From Psammoneis japonica (Eukaryota): a DNA stretch of 64,000 nt. Location: positions 62,001-126,000 of the forward strand of contig QPGO01000107.1 in assembly GCA_008632985.1 (NCBI GenBank), read 5' to 3'. Both the position numbers and the translations under genes were made by a program. Numbering within the stretch: the stretch's first letter is position 1; each line of letters begins with the position of its first letter. The notes under the pieces are model-generated. The model saw only the letters and a list, made by a program, of their open reading frames with translations. It was not told where the DNA came from and searched no databases. This document shows positions 49,712 through 62,330 of the stretch, one piece after another.

Positions 49712-50577
49712 ATGAGCCAGTGTCGGCACGTTAGTTTCAGCTCTACTATTGATTGGAGATTGGAGGACGAGAAGTCGTCCCGAAGAGTGATTCGCTTGAA
49801 AAGGAAGAACATGCTTGGCCCTGGACGTGACGATGGTAAGTTTCAAATGGCTCTCCACGGTCAGTCGCGTATTCGTGCTTCAGATGTTGACGCAACCCTC
49901 ACCCATCGTTTTACTTTTGCTGCAGACTTGATTGCAAGGAAAGCCTATGATTGGCTGATGAACCTCACTTCGCGGATGCCATTGGCGAGCTGTCAAAGCC
50001 AGGAAAAAGCATTTTGAAGCTTTTTTTCGAGGAAGTGTTACCAGACGAGTCACACATTCCCACGGCGGAGGAGGGTTGGCGCCTGTTCCACAGTCGTAGC
50101 CAAGAAATGAGCTTTGACGATCTCAACGAGGATGCCAAAGGTTTTCTAGGGAGTGCTTCCATTCATTTGCCACGTCCACCGGCAGCATCTCCTGCCCGGT
50201 CGGAAGCGAATTCGTCCCTCACGAACTCGATGGTGAGTGAGGATGTCCATTCCAATCAGCTTGACGCGGCATGGGAACATGCTGTGGAAGGCGCATACAA
50301 GATTGCAAACCGTAAAGGATTCGATGACACCGAGCTCAATCTGTGCATGGAAAGCACATTCCACACCGAAGAGTCCCAGTATGAGGTGGCTCTTGATACA
50401 GCTAAGCGCCGTTGGCAGAACGAACGAGTGGAAGAAGACGAGAATGCATCCACATCATCCATTCAAGATGCCATTGATGAGGCGGCTTGCAATGCGTTTT
50501 CTCGGTGGGCAAGCAAGAGGAATGTTTCGCAAGCAAAAATGGATGCCATGTATGGCAAAATCTTCAAAAAGCAGTGA
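49712..50577 (+). CDS. Hypothetical protein, probable intron 49836-49925
   Basis: 208-aa ORF with normal composition and an upstream gtaag...tgcag; the frame join is uncertain. Confidence 0.4.
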
Positions 50578-51038
50578 AGCTACAAGGTGCCCAAGGCAGA
50601 GATAATGTAGCGTTTTTGCTGCACAACTAGAATATAGTATGTGTCTATTATCCCCTCCACGAAGATTCTACTTCTTGCCCGCAAAACCCGCGTTCTAGAA
50701 AGTGGTGGAAATCCCAAGAACATTTCAGGTTTCTATCACAAGTCCAGCCGAACAACGGCTCGAAAGAGTGGACTATGAAGTACGAGGTTGATTTATATGA
50801 AGCTGAAGTCCCCAATCCAAATCAAGCATTCTAAATAAATTTTCAACGTTGTACAATACATCAGTAAGACGCTTATTTCTGTATTATTTTGATTCTCGCT
50901 ACAGCTGGTGGATTTCGATTCATGATTATTCCGTTCTTCTTCTTGTCCCCCGGAGACGAAGCGAACAAGCGAGCGAGCGAAGCACGCGCTCGGGCGGCAC
51001 GCACGCAAAAACTAACACAAAAAGTAAAGAAAGCGAAA

Positions 51039-53104
51039 ATGACAATGGTGTCTGCAACCCAAGCTTGGGCCATATTGGCTCGCCACGCACGGGATGAAAT
51101 TGCTCCCTTACGACTGCAAGAGCTCTGTCGCGATACTGACCGTGTCTCGTCCTTGGTAACGGTGTACAACACGAGTGAAACTGCTGCATCGTCCAAGAAT
51201 AAACGCAGGACGACACACGACGACGAAAATCGCATCCTCTTGGTGGATCTATCGAGACAAAGAATGACAATTGACACCATCAATCATTTGATGAGATTAT
51301 CGACATCTCGAAATGTAAAGGCATTCATCCAAAAGTTGGCGTGGGGACAAAACAATCCGAACGATCCGGTGGTTCCGAAAAGGTCTCGGCGTAACAACAA
51401 TGGATCGAGCACCGCCTTTGAAGACAATGATCGCTTTCGTCCAACTACTACTCCAGGGGATGACACGTCACCCAGTATGCACTTAGCTCTGAGAGCTCCT
51501 GCAGGTTGTGGCCTGGTCATGTTAACTGAGGATGGGCATAATGCGCTACATGACATACACTATGAGTGGGAACGAATTGAAATGCTCTCTGACTCGATTC
51601 GTAGAGGAAAGCTGAGAGGTGTCAGTGGAAGCGTCCTTCACGATGTACTAGTAGTTGGCAGTGGAGTCCCCGTCATGGCGTTACGATTTATATACCAGGC
51701 ATTACTCCATGACAAAACAGCTCATAATGCAACCACGGCTGTGGATGGAGAGGGTGGTCGACATCGACGAGCGGCAGGGGGTCCAAGGCGACGTCTTCGT
51801 TTTCTTTCCTCCGTCGACCCGATTGCGTCATCGTCAGCTCTATCCGGCCTTGACCCTAATTCCACGATTGTTTTTGTCAGTGATTTGCAGGGTAACGAGG
51901 AAGTCGACCATGTCACTCGAACAGCAAAGAGCTGGTTGTTGCAAGGTCTCGGTACGAACAAGAGACCAGACCTCATCTTTCACAAGCATCTGATGCTTTG
52001 CACTGGGAACAAGGATGTCGCTACTGGCTACACACCAGAGAGTGTATTTTTGATACCTGAACATTCTCGGTGTGAGGCGTTCACAACATTTACACCTGCG
52101 ACGTTACTCGTAAGTGGTTGATTTTCGTACAATCGCTCTCAATTGTGGCATAAACGCCTGTACTCATCCTAATTGATGGCATGCATAACGCAAAGCCTCT
52201 ATCTATTGTGTTTGGTTGGAAACTTGTGGAGCAGTTTTTGTCCGGTGCGCATGACATGGATACACACTTTGTTGAGACAAATCCACGGCATAATCTCCCC
52301 GTGTTGCTGGCTTTATCTGATGTTTGGAATGATAAATGTCTTGGTTCAGCTGGTCGAGTCGTGACTCCTTTTACAGAATCCCTTTCAGCATTTCCCTCAT
52401 TTGTCGCTGCCCTCGAGGCCCAGACTTGTGGCAGAAAGCCCGACGACGGTGTGGTAGATGGACAATCCTGCTGTGCAATAGTGACGGACGGCGGACTTTG
52501 CGGTGTTTATGATCGTGCACTCTATCAGAGTGGACGTGTGGCGTCTGCCGAACTTGTAATGACAATGGACACTCAGGCCACAACCACGTACTCTGCTGAG
52601 TTGGGACTGGAAGGTGTGGATGGAGTGTTAGCAAGTCAAGATGCTCTAATGTGCTCGTTGTTTGCTCACGCGGACACAATGGCGTTTGGGACAGAAGGGT
52701 ACTCATCGACACGGCGAACGACTGAAATGTTTGGCTCCGGGTCTCCGAGCAACGCGGCGACCGCGAACTCTGACGTTACCGAGGGAAATCGACCAAGTTC
52801 AATCCTAATGTGTGGGAAATGCGATGCCTTCACGTGTGGGCAGTTGGTGGCGTTGTCTGAGCATCGAGCTGTCGTCAAGGCTCATTTATTGGGTGTTGAC
52901 CCATTTGTAACTTCGATAGGATCATCACTTCGAACGACTTCATTCGACAAACTAAAAGAAGAGCTTCAAAAGATGTACTCCAAGCCCGTTGGAGAAAGTG
53001 ATGATGAGAATGATCTCCCTGACTTGAATCTGTCAACTTCCACAATCCTCGGGCATTACGCCAACCTTATGCGCGATCAGAGAATATACACTGTAAAAAG
53101 TTAA
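51039..53104 (+). CDS. Divergent glucose-6-phosphate isomerase-like protein; intron 52110-52195
   Basis: LLVDLSRQ, MHLALRAP, IRRGKLRGVSG, FLSSVDP, FLSGAHDMDTHF, NLPVLLAL, GNRPS, GQLVALSEHR. Confidence 0.8.
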
Positions 53105-53138
53105 TGAACTAGCTTTCTTCTCATATCAGAAACGATAT

Positions 53139-54116
53139 TCATATCCGCACCTCCTTCCTATCATGATCGTTGCTAGTACCATTCATTTGCCATTTCGGGT
53201 CAAAGAACCCCTCAACGCCTACACGGAAATCCAGGCTGACCCTTGTGTATTTCGTTTCATTAGCATTCACATAGTGTCGACAAGAACTACCGTGGAACGA
53301 AACAACTTCACCGTAGTCAGCCGGAATGGGGTGGTAATCGCCGAGGTTGGCGGAGGACTCGCACCATAGATCGACTCCGGTTACTGGGCTCGTCAGTGGT
53401 AACCAAAAGTTAAGCTCGCCATTCTGGTGGCCATACTCTGCATCATTGTGAGCTTTCACAATCGACCTCGCAGGACCTGGCTGCAATCGCATGGTCGGAG
53501 GCCGCTGATAGTAGAATGTCTGTTTTGCTGCATCTGATTCAAGTGTTCCTATCGATACAAGGCGACTCTTGAGATGTGGCAGAATCACCTCAACAACAAA
53601 CCGGTCAAAGACGTTAAGAAATTGCTCGTCCGACAAAGTGGCGTCAGATAGATAGGATTGGGCTGACTCACAATGACCACCATAGCTTGTACGAGAAAGT
53701 GATTCTTGTGGAACATGAAAATCTTCCAACCGGTAACTTTTTCCATCGTCAACAGTATTTCGAAAGTATCCAATCATTTCATTGTCACATTTCTCCAACA
53801 AACTGACAACGACTTTTTGAAAATCGTAGACGGACACGTCAAACGTGAGCTTTGTCTCCTTACAAAGCTCCTGTGGTAAAAACGTGGTTCCGGTCTCTTT
53901 CCCATCGCTGTTCTTGGGCCTTGGATTATGCTTTCGTTTGCTTAACGGAGCTTTCACGCGATGCGCCGACGATCGAAGTGTTGCAATTCCTGTCTTGTAC
54001 GCATACTCCACGGCTTCTTTTTTGTCCGATTTTGAAGGCATCGTGTCTTGTGCTAATGAGGTCGCCTCATTCTCTCCATTGTGTCCATTGTTCAGATTCC
54101 CACTTGATGCCTCCAT
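53139..54116 (-). CDS. StrG-like / 2OG-Fe(II) dioxygenase-fold protein
   Basis: YQRPPTMR, HNDAEYGHQNGELNFWLPLT (HxD), FHGSSCRH, TRVSLDFRV. Confidence 0.7.
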   Translation of the reverse strand: MEASSGNLNNGHNGENEATSLAQDTMPSKSDKKEAVEYAYKTGIATLRSSAHRVKAPLSKRKHNPRPKNSDGKETGTTFLPQELCKETKLTFDVSVYDFQKVVVSLLEKCDNEMIGYFRNTVDDGKSYRLEDFHVPQESLSRTSYGGHCESAQSYLSDATLSDEQFLNVFDRFVVEVILPHLKSRLVSIGTLESDAAKQTFYYQRPPTMRLQPGPARSIVKAHNDAEYGHQNGELNFWLPLTSPVTGVDLWCESSANLGDYHPIPADYGEVVSFHGSSCRHYVNANETKYTRVSLDFRVGVEGFFDPKWQMNGTSNDHDRKEVRI

Positions 54117-54622
54117 AACGTTCGGGGTCCAATCCCTGAATCTGAAGTAAACGATGGGTGGGCGAGTTACACAACACACTCGCTTCAATCTGCCCAATCT
54201 AAATCTTCAGAGATCCTCCAGAAATCTTCCAATCACCGAGAGTCGACTCTAGTAGAGAGTAGAGTAGCGCCGGTGCTCTTTTGGCTACCGTAGACTAATG
54301 GCTGATGAAAACGGTACACACAGCAGATAGACAGCAGTGTGCGGGGACTCCTCGTGGTGCTCGCTCGTCGCTCATTATCCTGTATTCTGTATTCAAATAT
54401 ACATTCTGGTATGTTTTTGCCACGTTGAATATCTTGCCTCCGACACACGTGGAGCTGCATATGTGTTCTACGTGATTTTGAAAATTTGGAAAAGCCAGAT
54501 CTTTTGCGTGCGAAATTAATGCGCTCTCGCTTCCACACAACACACAACGCCACCACGCCGAAAACGATTGCAAACAACATTGCGGCCTGCTTCCGTTAGC
54601 TCCACGCTCCACTCTGTGCACC

Positions 54623-55942
54623 ATGGACGCCCTTTCGACCTTCCTCGATGAGTCATATCACGTAACGCTTGGCGTTTGCGTCCTGTCGCTGTTGCTTGCG
54701 GGACAGTTTGATAATCACCTCTGGAGGCTCATCGTCATTGGCGTCTATTGCGTTGTGTCCGTGCGAGTCTTGCCTACTCAGTTCTCTGTTCCTGCCTTGC
54801 CTTGGTGGGGAATCTTGCTTGTTTCGTACCAACTCATGCATATCCCTCACCTTCGAAGGCGCCAGAAAAAGAAAGGTATTGTTTTCTCATTTGAACTGTT
54901 ACTCAAGCGTACACAAGAATTGCCATGGCGACCCCTCGGGACTAACACACAAACGTTTCCCTTTTCGTTTCAAATAGGATGCATTTTTGTGACAGGCGCC
55001 GACTCTGGAATGGGACAAGCAACTGTCGTTCACCTGGCCAAGACAAATGACCCCAAGAATGGGTCCTCCTACGATCGTATCTTTGCCGGTGCATTCGACT
55101 CCAAAAAAGCCCTCAGTAATCTCGAGCAACTCTGTGCCGCGAACAATGCTGATTTTTCCAAAATCAAAGTGGTACCTCTTGATGTTACAAGCGACAAGAG
55201 CGTTGCGGATGCGGCTGCTCTGGTGAAGAAAGAAATACCGTCGGACTCCATTGGCCTCACGGCTCTAATCAACTATCACGGGATTGGCTCCAACGGACCA
55301 GTTGCATACATGCCAGTGTCGATGTACCTGCAACAGCATGATGTAAACTACATTGGAAACGTTCGCATGACGCAGAATTTCCTACCTCTTCTCAAAGCCG
55401 CATCTAGTACTGGTCACAGAGGAAGAATTATCTTTACGGGAACGGGTGGCGGCCCGTGCTCTCCCTGCCCGTCTCTTTTGAGTGCGTACATGAGCAGCAA
55501 GTTTGCGTGCGAGGCATTTGCTCAATCGCTCAGCATGGAACTCATCATGACGGGTATGCCCATTGACGTTGCGGTCTTGAATCCTGGCTTTGTCAAGCCA
55601 ACCGCACTGATTGAAGAAGGCAAGAAGCTTTCGGAAAGAATGTGGAAGGAGTGCGAAGACAAATTGGGTAGTACCGTAGCAAAGGACGAATATGGCCCCA
55701 TGCTCGACCACTTTTTAAAGTATGCCGCTGCACTTCCGGGAGCGCACGTGTCGGAGGTGTGTCAAGCAGCCGAAAACGCTTTGACGGCGTTTAGGCCGCG
55801 GAGCAGTTACAAGATTGGCATTGATTCCAAACTTGCTCCAATTGTTGGTATGCTTCCGACAGGTGTGAGAACAAAGATTTCCCTAAATGGTATTTACGGT
55901 GTGTTGAGCCCTGCGGGTACTGTGAATGGATATGTTGTTTAG
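54623..55942 (+). CDS. Short-chain dehydrogenase/reductase (retinol/hydroxysteroid DH-like) with N-terminal TM segments; probable in-frame intron 54876-54977
   Basis: VTGADSGMG, LDVT, YMSSK, NPGF. Confidence 0.88.
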   Translation: MDALSTFLDESYHVTLGVCVLSLLLAGQFDNHLWRLIVIGVYCVVSVRVLPTQFSVPALPWWGILLVSYQLMHIPHLRRRQKKKGIVFSFELLLKRTQELPWRPLGTNTQTFPFSFQIGCIFVTGADSGMGQATVVHLAKTNDPKNGSSYDRIFAGAFDSKKALSNLEQLCAANNADFSKIKVVPLDVTSDKSVADAAALVKKEIPSDSIGLTALINYHGIGSNGPVAYMPVSMYLQQHDVNYIGNVRMTQNFLPLLKAASSTGHRGRIIFTGTGGGPCSPCPSLLSAYMSSKFACEAFAQSLSMELIMTGMPIDVAVLNPGFVKPTALIEEGKKLSERMWKECEDKLGSTVAKDEYGPMLDHFLKYAAALPGAHVSEVCQAAENALTAFRPRSSYKIGIDSKLAPIVGMLPTGVRTKISLNGIYGVLSPAGTVNGYVV

Positions 55943-56718
55943 CATTCTGAATAGGATTCCAAATCTCACGCTTCAAGACGTCCGAAATGGGCATCCCATG
56001 TAGCCTTCTCAGTACTTATAGTCCCTTGTTTCTCTCGATGATCATTTGTTTGCCTACCTGGCTCGTCCCATGGTTGAATAATCAGTGATAATGCAGATAG
56101 AACTAAAAGAAATACATATATTCTATGGTGTATAAATTCAAGATGACCTCTCGATAAACCGTTTTGGTTTCAGTCAGCGAAACCCCGTTCTGCATAGCGT
56201 TTGGTACAAATCAAGGATTAAAAATTTCGTACGTACTTCACCGTGCTAAAAAATATAAACCGTTTCCTCGCTCACGAGAAATCTAATGACATGCATTGAC
56301 AACTCTGAGGCCTGAAAACACCACGTACAAGCTAGCGAGTATCTTGCACTGGTTGCCTTTGCCGTAATCTCTATATGGGGAGTGGACTCTCCTTTCTATA
56401 ATATATTATTGAAATAGTCGTACCCTGAAGTGTTTTATGTATACTATCACGTCACTACCTTAATAGTTTTTAGATAAATCGGTGCAACTTTGGCGCATCA
56501 CGGCTCATAGTAGTAGCCTATCGGAGATGATGAGCCAAGTTACTGAAAGCTAAAAAATGAATCTGATTAAATGTAAGATTGGAGAAAAAATTGAAGAATG
56601 AAATGTACAGAGGGTCCCTACTGAACCACAATCATAGAAATATGGATGAAATGCATGATGAAAACCTTGATGACCTTGAAGATACCCTCACCGGCCATCA
56701 ACAGCGGAGCGACTCGAC

Positions 56719-58197
56719 CTAAGAGGCCGTTTCTAGGCAAGTAAACTTGGAGAGCTCCTTGGCAATGCGATTAGCATTGCATTTGTCCATTCCGAGATCC
56801 GGGTCTCCAAAGGAAGTCAAATTGCTTACGATGAAGTAACCCTTGCAATGTGTCCAATGATCACCTCCCAGCACGTGCATGAGCTCATGAGGCACACTGA
56901 CTTTAGATCTTATTGGGTTGGCGATAGCCAAAGAGGGACGACCGTATGAGCATAGGCTAGTATCCGCCCTGCCGGCGATCGTGAAACCGTTTTCGTTTTT
57001 GATTTCCTGTTCCGTGAGGTACAACAAGACGTTGTATGCGTCTTTCTCTGGATCACCCTTGGCTACACTCGCAAGATCGTCGTAAACGGCTTTGGCAGAA
57101 TTTCCTCTGATACGACGTTCCACGTGTTGCTTATACATGACGAATCGGGCATGTTGTTCAATGCCAGTCGTCGCTGCAATAGTGCGGTCGGCCCTTTCGA
57201 GTTCTTTTAGTGACTTTTCCTCCGTCCAATTATTGTCGAACTTGAGCTGGGGGCTAAATAGGATCTTCACCTTAACTAGTTTCGTCTTGCCGGGGACAGG
57301 AGTAGTGTCAGGGGGGCTCCAGCATGGCGGGTCCTCCTCCTGTTTGCCCTTAATGCAGCTCAAGTCCAAGGTGTTGAGCAGGTCAGCAGTGCAACAGGAG
57401 ATTTCCTCTTTGCCAGAATAGCGGTAACCGGCATCACACCTTTCCGGTTTTTCCGCTCCCAACAATTTCTCAAGCACTTTCGTGATCAGGAAAGGAAAGT
57501 ACTGCTCTGGATTGTCGATGTCGAAACGATATGCGATTGTGAGCCCCTCAGCATCACAAACACCTGATTTGGACGACTCAAAAAAGGGATAGTCCTTTCC
57601 TTTCCAAACAACCTTCAGGTTTGCCTCATCGCCCTTCGGCACAACCTGCACGGGAATGTATGGCTCGAGAACTTTCATTACTTTATTTGCAAAGCCACGC
57701 CCATCATCCTCGATCTTGAAAGATTTCTTCGCCACGGCTACGGCTTGGGGGGCTTTCCCTTCAACGCCACCACCGCAGAAACAGCATGCTTCTCTGGCAG
57801 TCGTGCCAAAGTTCTCGTAGCTTTCCCCATCTTCAAGGCAATACCAGTAGTATGTAGGGTTCGCATACCTCACGCAATCACGTTTGACACTGTCAAACCA
57901 TTTGTCTTCGCCTGGTGGAACATAGTCAGTGCACTCAATAGGGGGGTCGAGTTTAATACCACCACCGCAGGTGCAGCATGCAGAAGCGGCATCTGTGCCG
58001 AAGTTCTCGAACATATGGCCAAAATACTCGCATGCATTGCCGTCACGGAAAAAGAGGCAATCTTTCTTTTGCCTGGAACTGTCATACCATTTCTCTTCGC
58101 CTGGTGGAACAAAGTCCTTGCACTCTCTAAGCACAGAGTGCACCTCAGTGACAGAGGTAAGGAAGAGAGCTTCCAATCCGAATGTAGAGACCCTCAT
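56719..58197 (-). CDS. Secreted metzincin-type zinc metalloprotease with two N-terminal Cys-rich repeats
   Basis: Signal peptide; two copies of EC.D.VPPGE.KW.DS...ENFGT.A..ACC.CGGG; HELMHVLGGDH (HExxHxxGxxH) and a downstream Met. Confidence 0.7.
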   Translation of the reverse strand: MRVSTFGLEALFLTSVTEVHSVLRECKDFVPPGEEKWYDSSRQKKDCLFFRDGNACEYFGHMFENFGTDAASACCTCGGGIKLDPPIECTDYVPPGEDKWFDSVKRDCVRYANPTYYWYCLEDGESYENFGTTAREACCFCGGGVEGKAPQAVAVAKKSFKIEDDGRGFANKVMKVLEPYIPVQVVPKGDEANLKVVWKGKDYPFFESSKSGVCDAEGLTIAYRFDIDNPEQYFPFLITKVLEKLLGAEKPERCDAGYRYSGKEEISCCTADLLNTLDLSCIKGKQEEDPPCWSPPDTTPVPGKTKLVKVKILFSPQLKFDNNWTEEKSLKELERADRTIAATTGIEQHARFVMYKQHVERRIRGNSAKAVYDDLASVAKGDPEKDAYNVLLYLTEQEIKNENGFTIAGRADTSLCSYGRPSLAIANPIRSKVSVPHELMHVLGGDHWTHCKGYFIVSNLTSFGDPDLGMDKCNANRIAKELSKFTCLETAS

Positions 58198-59587
58198 CCG
58201 TGATAATAAAGAAAAGTAAGAAAGGTTGTATTCTTGATGTTGTCTGTTTCGGAATCGATTTTGTGAGATGTTGTTTGGATTCTCTTTCCAAAAAAGAGTT
58301 TGCAGATGGCGTGTATCATATGATATGAAGATTTATTCGGGGTTCGGTTGAGATCGAAGATTGTGACACATTGAGAGAAACTTACCGTAAGATCCTATGT
58401 AATGTTGGCATCAAATCATCGGGGGGTGAAGATTGAAGATAACGACATTGTGCGAGAAAATTAGCATTAAAATGTTGGAACAGATCGTTTCGCAGAATGA
58501 TGCTGACAAATCAGAGTTTGGGGTTCGGATTTGTGGCTGGCCGTCGACATGGGGCTGTGCCACCGTACGATTACGAGCAGATGCGAATGCCGATGATTTA
58601 TTCATTCTGTGCTGTAAAACCCCACTTCGCTTGCAGTGACGTGCATGCCAGCTGTGCCGCAGCATGCAACTGGCCAGCTGGAGAGAGCATGCACATCACA
58701 AAACTTCCCCGAGACATCGCATCAACAACGACCCAATGGACAATGGGCAAAAATGCAAAAGACAACAAGATGTCTGCAGTGGGGCCGCACCAGCCGACAC
58801 AACTGTGGCTGGTTGACACAGCGCAAACTTTGCTGGCTTGTTCCAAACTTGGGTGGCGCACTCATGCCCATTTTCGCACAAAAAATGAACATTTTGTGCT
58901 TCACATGACATCGCGGACATTTTGTTTGAATGATCACATCAATGGCTTTTGGGCAAATTAAAAAGAGCAAATTCGAGCCAACAAACAGCCAAAAGCCATG
59001 GCTTTCAGCAACCATGACGGCCCTTTTTTCAACCTCAGCATGACAAATTGAATGTCATGATGAGGACCACAGCATTTGACACAGTCTGTGGCATCTGCCA
59101 CAATGATGAAAATGCTTGATGCAGGCTGCAGCTCGGCACAAGAAGACTCAATCTGTCAGCACCAACAATTGAGCCTCAGCTCACTCACAGTTTGCCTCCA
59201 AGGTGCATTTCTTTTCCATTTCCATGTGCATTTCCTCCACAACATGGACTCATGCAAGTGTGCCAGTCATTTGTGCCGACAGAACAGTGAAAAAGGGTCC
59301 AAAGTCGACGCCATTGCGTTTTGCTCAGCTTCACTTCTTCTCACGTCTTCCGAAACTTGCCAGTCAATGTGTGTTTTGTTTGGTCCATTGAGGCCAACTT
59401 GTGCTCACACATGTGGATGAAACATTGCTCATGTCTTGTTAGAGAGTGTGCTGGCATGTGAGAATGATCGTCAATGTTGTTCATTGATGCGCAAAAACAG
59501 CCACAAATCGCTCATCGGAAAAAAGAGCTCTCATCTCACGGCGCAATTCAGTGATCAACAACTCAGTCCATCCTCAGTTTCTCATGC

Positions 59588-60230
59588 ATGTGCAGCATGC
59601 ATGCAGACAAAAGGTCTTTTGTCATGCCCTTTGTGACATTTAAAGGCTGCAGCACGTCGCCGTGATGCATTGGCTCTCATTGGCAGCTGTGTGTTGCACT
59701 CCTCCCCATGCATCACGTGTCCATGCGGCTCTTTGCTGACGTGTGCTGACACTGCACGGTTTTGGTGGAACAGTGTGGGTGCGTATGAAGGAACACACAG
59801 AACTGCGCTGCACAGAGTTTTGCGCATTCGACAGTGATCAACATTGCTGCAGACAACTCCCACTCAGGGTTTCGAACCCCTGGCCTCCTGCCTGATGGTT
59901 GCGATGAACCACTCCGCTGTGAATTCACAGCGCAGCATGCATGCAGACAAAAGGTTGTTTTGTCACGCCCTTTGTGACATTTGAAGGCTGCAACACGTCG
60001 CCGTGACATCAACTCTTGTTGGCAGCTGCACACTGCACATGGGCGCATGCATGAGACCTTTCTGCATGCACCCACAACAACACATTTGAAGATCATCATG
60101 CGCCGTAAGTTTGGACTGTGCGTTTGTGTGAAAAGTGGCATTTTTTTGCACGCGAGGGCACCCAAGTCTGTGCATTTGTGCGAAAAGTGGCACTTTTTTG
60201 CACGCGAGGGCACCCAAGTCTGGAACAAGT
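59588..60230. repeat. Local duplications: 59588-59720 vs 59932-60040, and two ~52-bp tandem units at 60117-60222
   Basis: gcagcatgcatgcagacaaaagg...tttgtgacattt occurs twice; gaaaagtggca.ttttttgcacgcgagggcacccaagtctg occurs twice. Confidence 0.8.
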
Positions 60231-60771
60231 CTGCTTTGGAAGTCACTTGATTTTTAAAGTCTGCTGCACTGCTGGTGTGCGTTGCTCTGTTGTGAGCCTC
60301 TTTTTTTTGCTGAGTTGGCAGCGCTTGGCCCTCCAGCACAAATTCTGCACACGCTTCTGCACTCATCCTCCGCAGCCACGCTGTGGTTTGTGGCCTGTTC
60401 CAGCTCCAGGTGATGCGCACAGGCTCGATTCCCATCACTGGCCCATTTTTGCATTTGGCACAATGAACTCCTTCAAAATCATTTCTTTTTCCAAATCGAT
60501 GGGTGAGTGCACACAAAACTTTTGTTTTTTTGTGTGCGCTCACTTTTCGATTTTTGAAACGATCAAATTTGAAGGAGTTCAATGTGCCAAACTGCACAGA
60601 AAATTGGCCTCTCTTGTGAGATGGATTGCTCATCACCTGGGGCTGGAACAGGCCTTGCCAGCTCTTTGGGCTCTGGCTCTGACTTTTTGCACTGAGCTCC
60701 CAAGTGGTTTGACATTTTTTGGCTCTGCTCTGCGGCTGTTCTTTCTGCAGGGTGAGTTGTTGGTGCAAACT

Positions 60772-61570
60772 TCAAACTTGCAATGCAGCGGGTGCCTGGT
60801 GATGCCAAACCCAGCTCATGGGACAAATGGAAAGGTGAGTGAGATCGGCAACAATGAAGGTGAGTGAGATCAGTGACGACAAAGCTCCAGCACAAAGAGT
60901 CACAAAATTCACCATGTCAGGAGCCTCAATGTCTTCTTTCAACATGCCTGGGTCCTGGGTTGCCACATTTCTGTGACCCAGGTGCTCCAACACACTCCTG
61001 CCCCTTGCAACAACATTCTTCTGGCCAGATTGATCCGGCTCATCTTGAGAGGCTGCAACTGCCTTCTTCCCCTCTTTGCCATCATTCCTCAATTTGAAAA
61101 CATGAAAGCTGGCGGACACCATCTCTGTTGTTTTAGAACAATCAACCACATTGTCAAATGAGTGTGTCATGTCATGAACAAACTTCACAAAACATTCCAT
61201 GTGGTCATGACAAAGTTTCTCTTTCTCATCTTTGCCATCCTGGTCCTTGATCAGATCCACAATCCAGCCATCAGCTGCCTTGGGAGTCAAGGCAAAGAAC
61301 TCCAATTCTCTGCAGAAAGCTGCTTGTGTAATTTCCATGCAGAAAAAATTCAAGGTGAAAGAACAGCACCAACTTCTGTGCATCACAAATGATGCAATCA
61401 TTGTTCCTCATGAGTCTGTGGTGGGTCATGTCAATGTCACAATCAAGGGTCTTAACAAGCTTCACAAGACTGCCACACACCTTGTTCTTGTTCACACCAC
61501 AGGTGGGCAAAAACTCAAATTCCCACATGGGTTGCAAGCGTCGCTTTTCACATGAGTTGTTGCTGCTCAT
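60772..61570 (-). pseudogene. Possible BTB/POZ (KCTD-like) gene remnant, degenerate
   Basis: DCDIDM....MRN and ITQAAFCRELEFFAL resemble a BTB/T1 domain end; frameshifted. Confidence 0.4.
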
Positions 61571-61739
61571 GGTTGTTCACAGCAACAGATTGTGGCGGTT
61601 GAGCCATGTGGTTTGGCAACCTTTCTGAGTGACAGGGATCTTTCACCCACAAGCATCAGAGCTCTCTCATTTGACATCAGAAAGAACAGGAAATGCTCCT
61701 GTCATGCTTGAAGCCAACAGCCCACAATGGCTTGTTCAA

Positions 61740-62330
61740 ACTTTCAAACCTTCTTGCCCTGCAATGGCTCAGTCATGAAGTCTCCAAGTGCATCATCAGC
61801 AGGACAGCATGACTGCACTCTCAGACTGCCCTTTTTGACTTGATCAGTGACAAAAAATGCCGAATGTTGAGTGCTCTGGAACCACTTGCCGGCACTCTTG
61901 CCCCCATTGGTTTCCAGCAGTGTGGCACTCTTGTTGTCCTGATGCAGGACATTCTTGTCAATTGGACACCCCTGATGCTCCATGAACAACTTTGTTCACA
62001 GTGACATGGTCATGGCATTGCTGACCCCAACAAGCTCAGCTTTTGCACTGCTTTGGGCACTGAGCTTCTGGTGCTTTGACGTGGCTTGCACTGCTCCGCC
62101 ATCCACCATTGCAACTCCTCCTGTGTGGCTCTTGAAATTGGGGTGCACTGCAAAACGAGGCATCCACGTGCCACTTGCAGCAACTTGGAGGTCCTTTGTG
62201 CTTGGTGCAGCAACTTCATTTTGTGTCTGGCTCACATGCCTGAGACAATGGACTGGCTCCCCCAATCTTCATTCACAGTGCCCAGGTCCTTTGACCTGTG
62301 TGCACAATGCTGCAACAGTGGGGTGCACAT
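61740..62330 (-). mobile_element. Ty1/Copia retrotransposon RT-RNase H fragment, degenerate
   Basis: FAVHPNFKSHTGG, SKHQKL...SSAKAELVG, LHQDNKSA.LLE.NG, FFVTD, GDFMTEPLQG. Confidence 0.85.
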
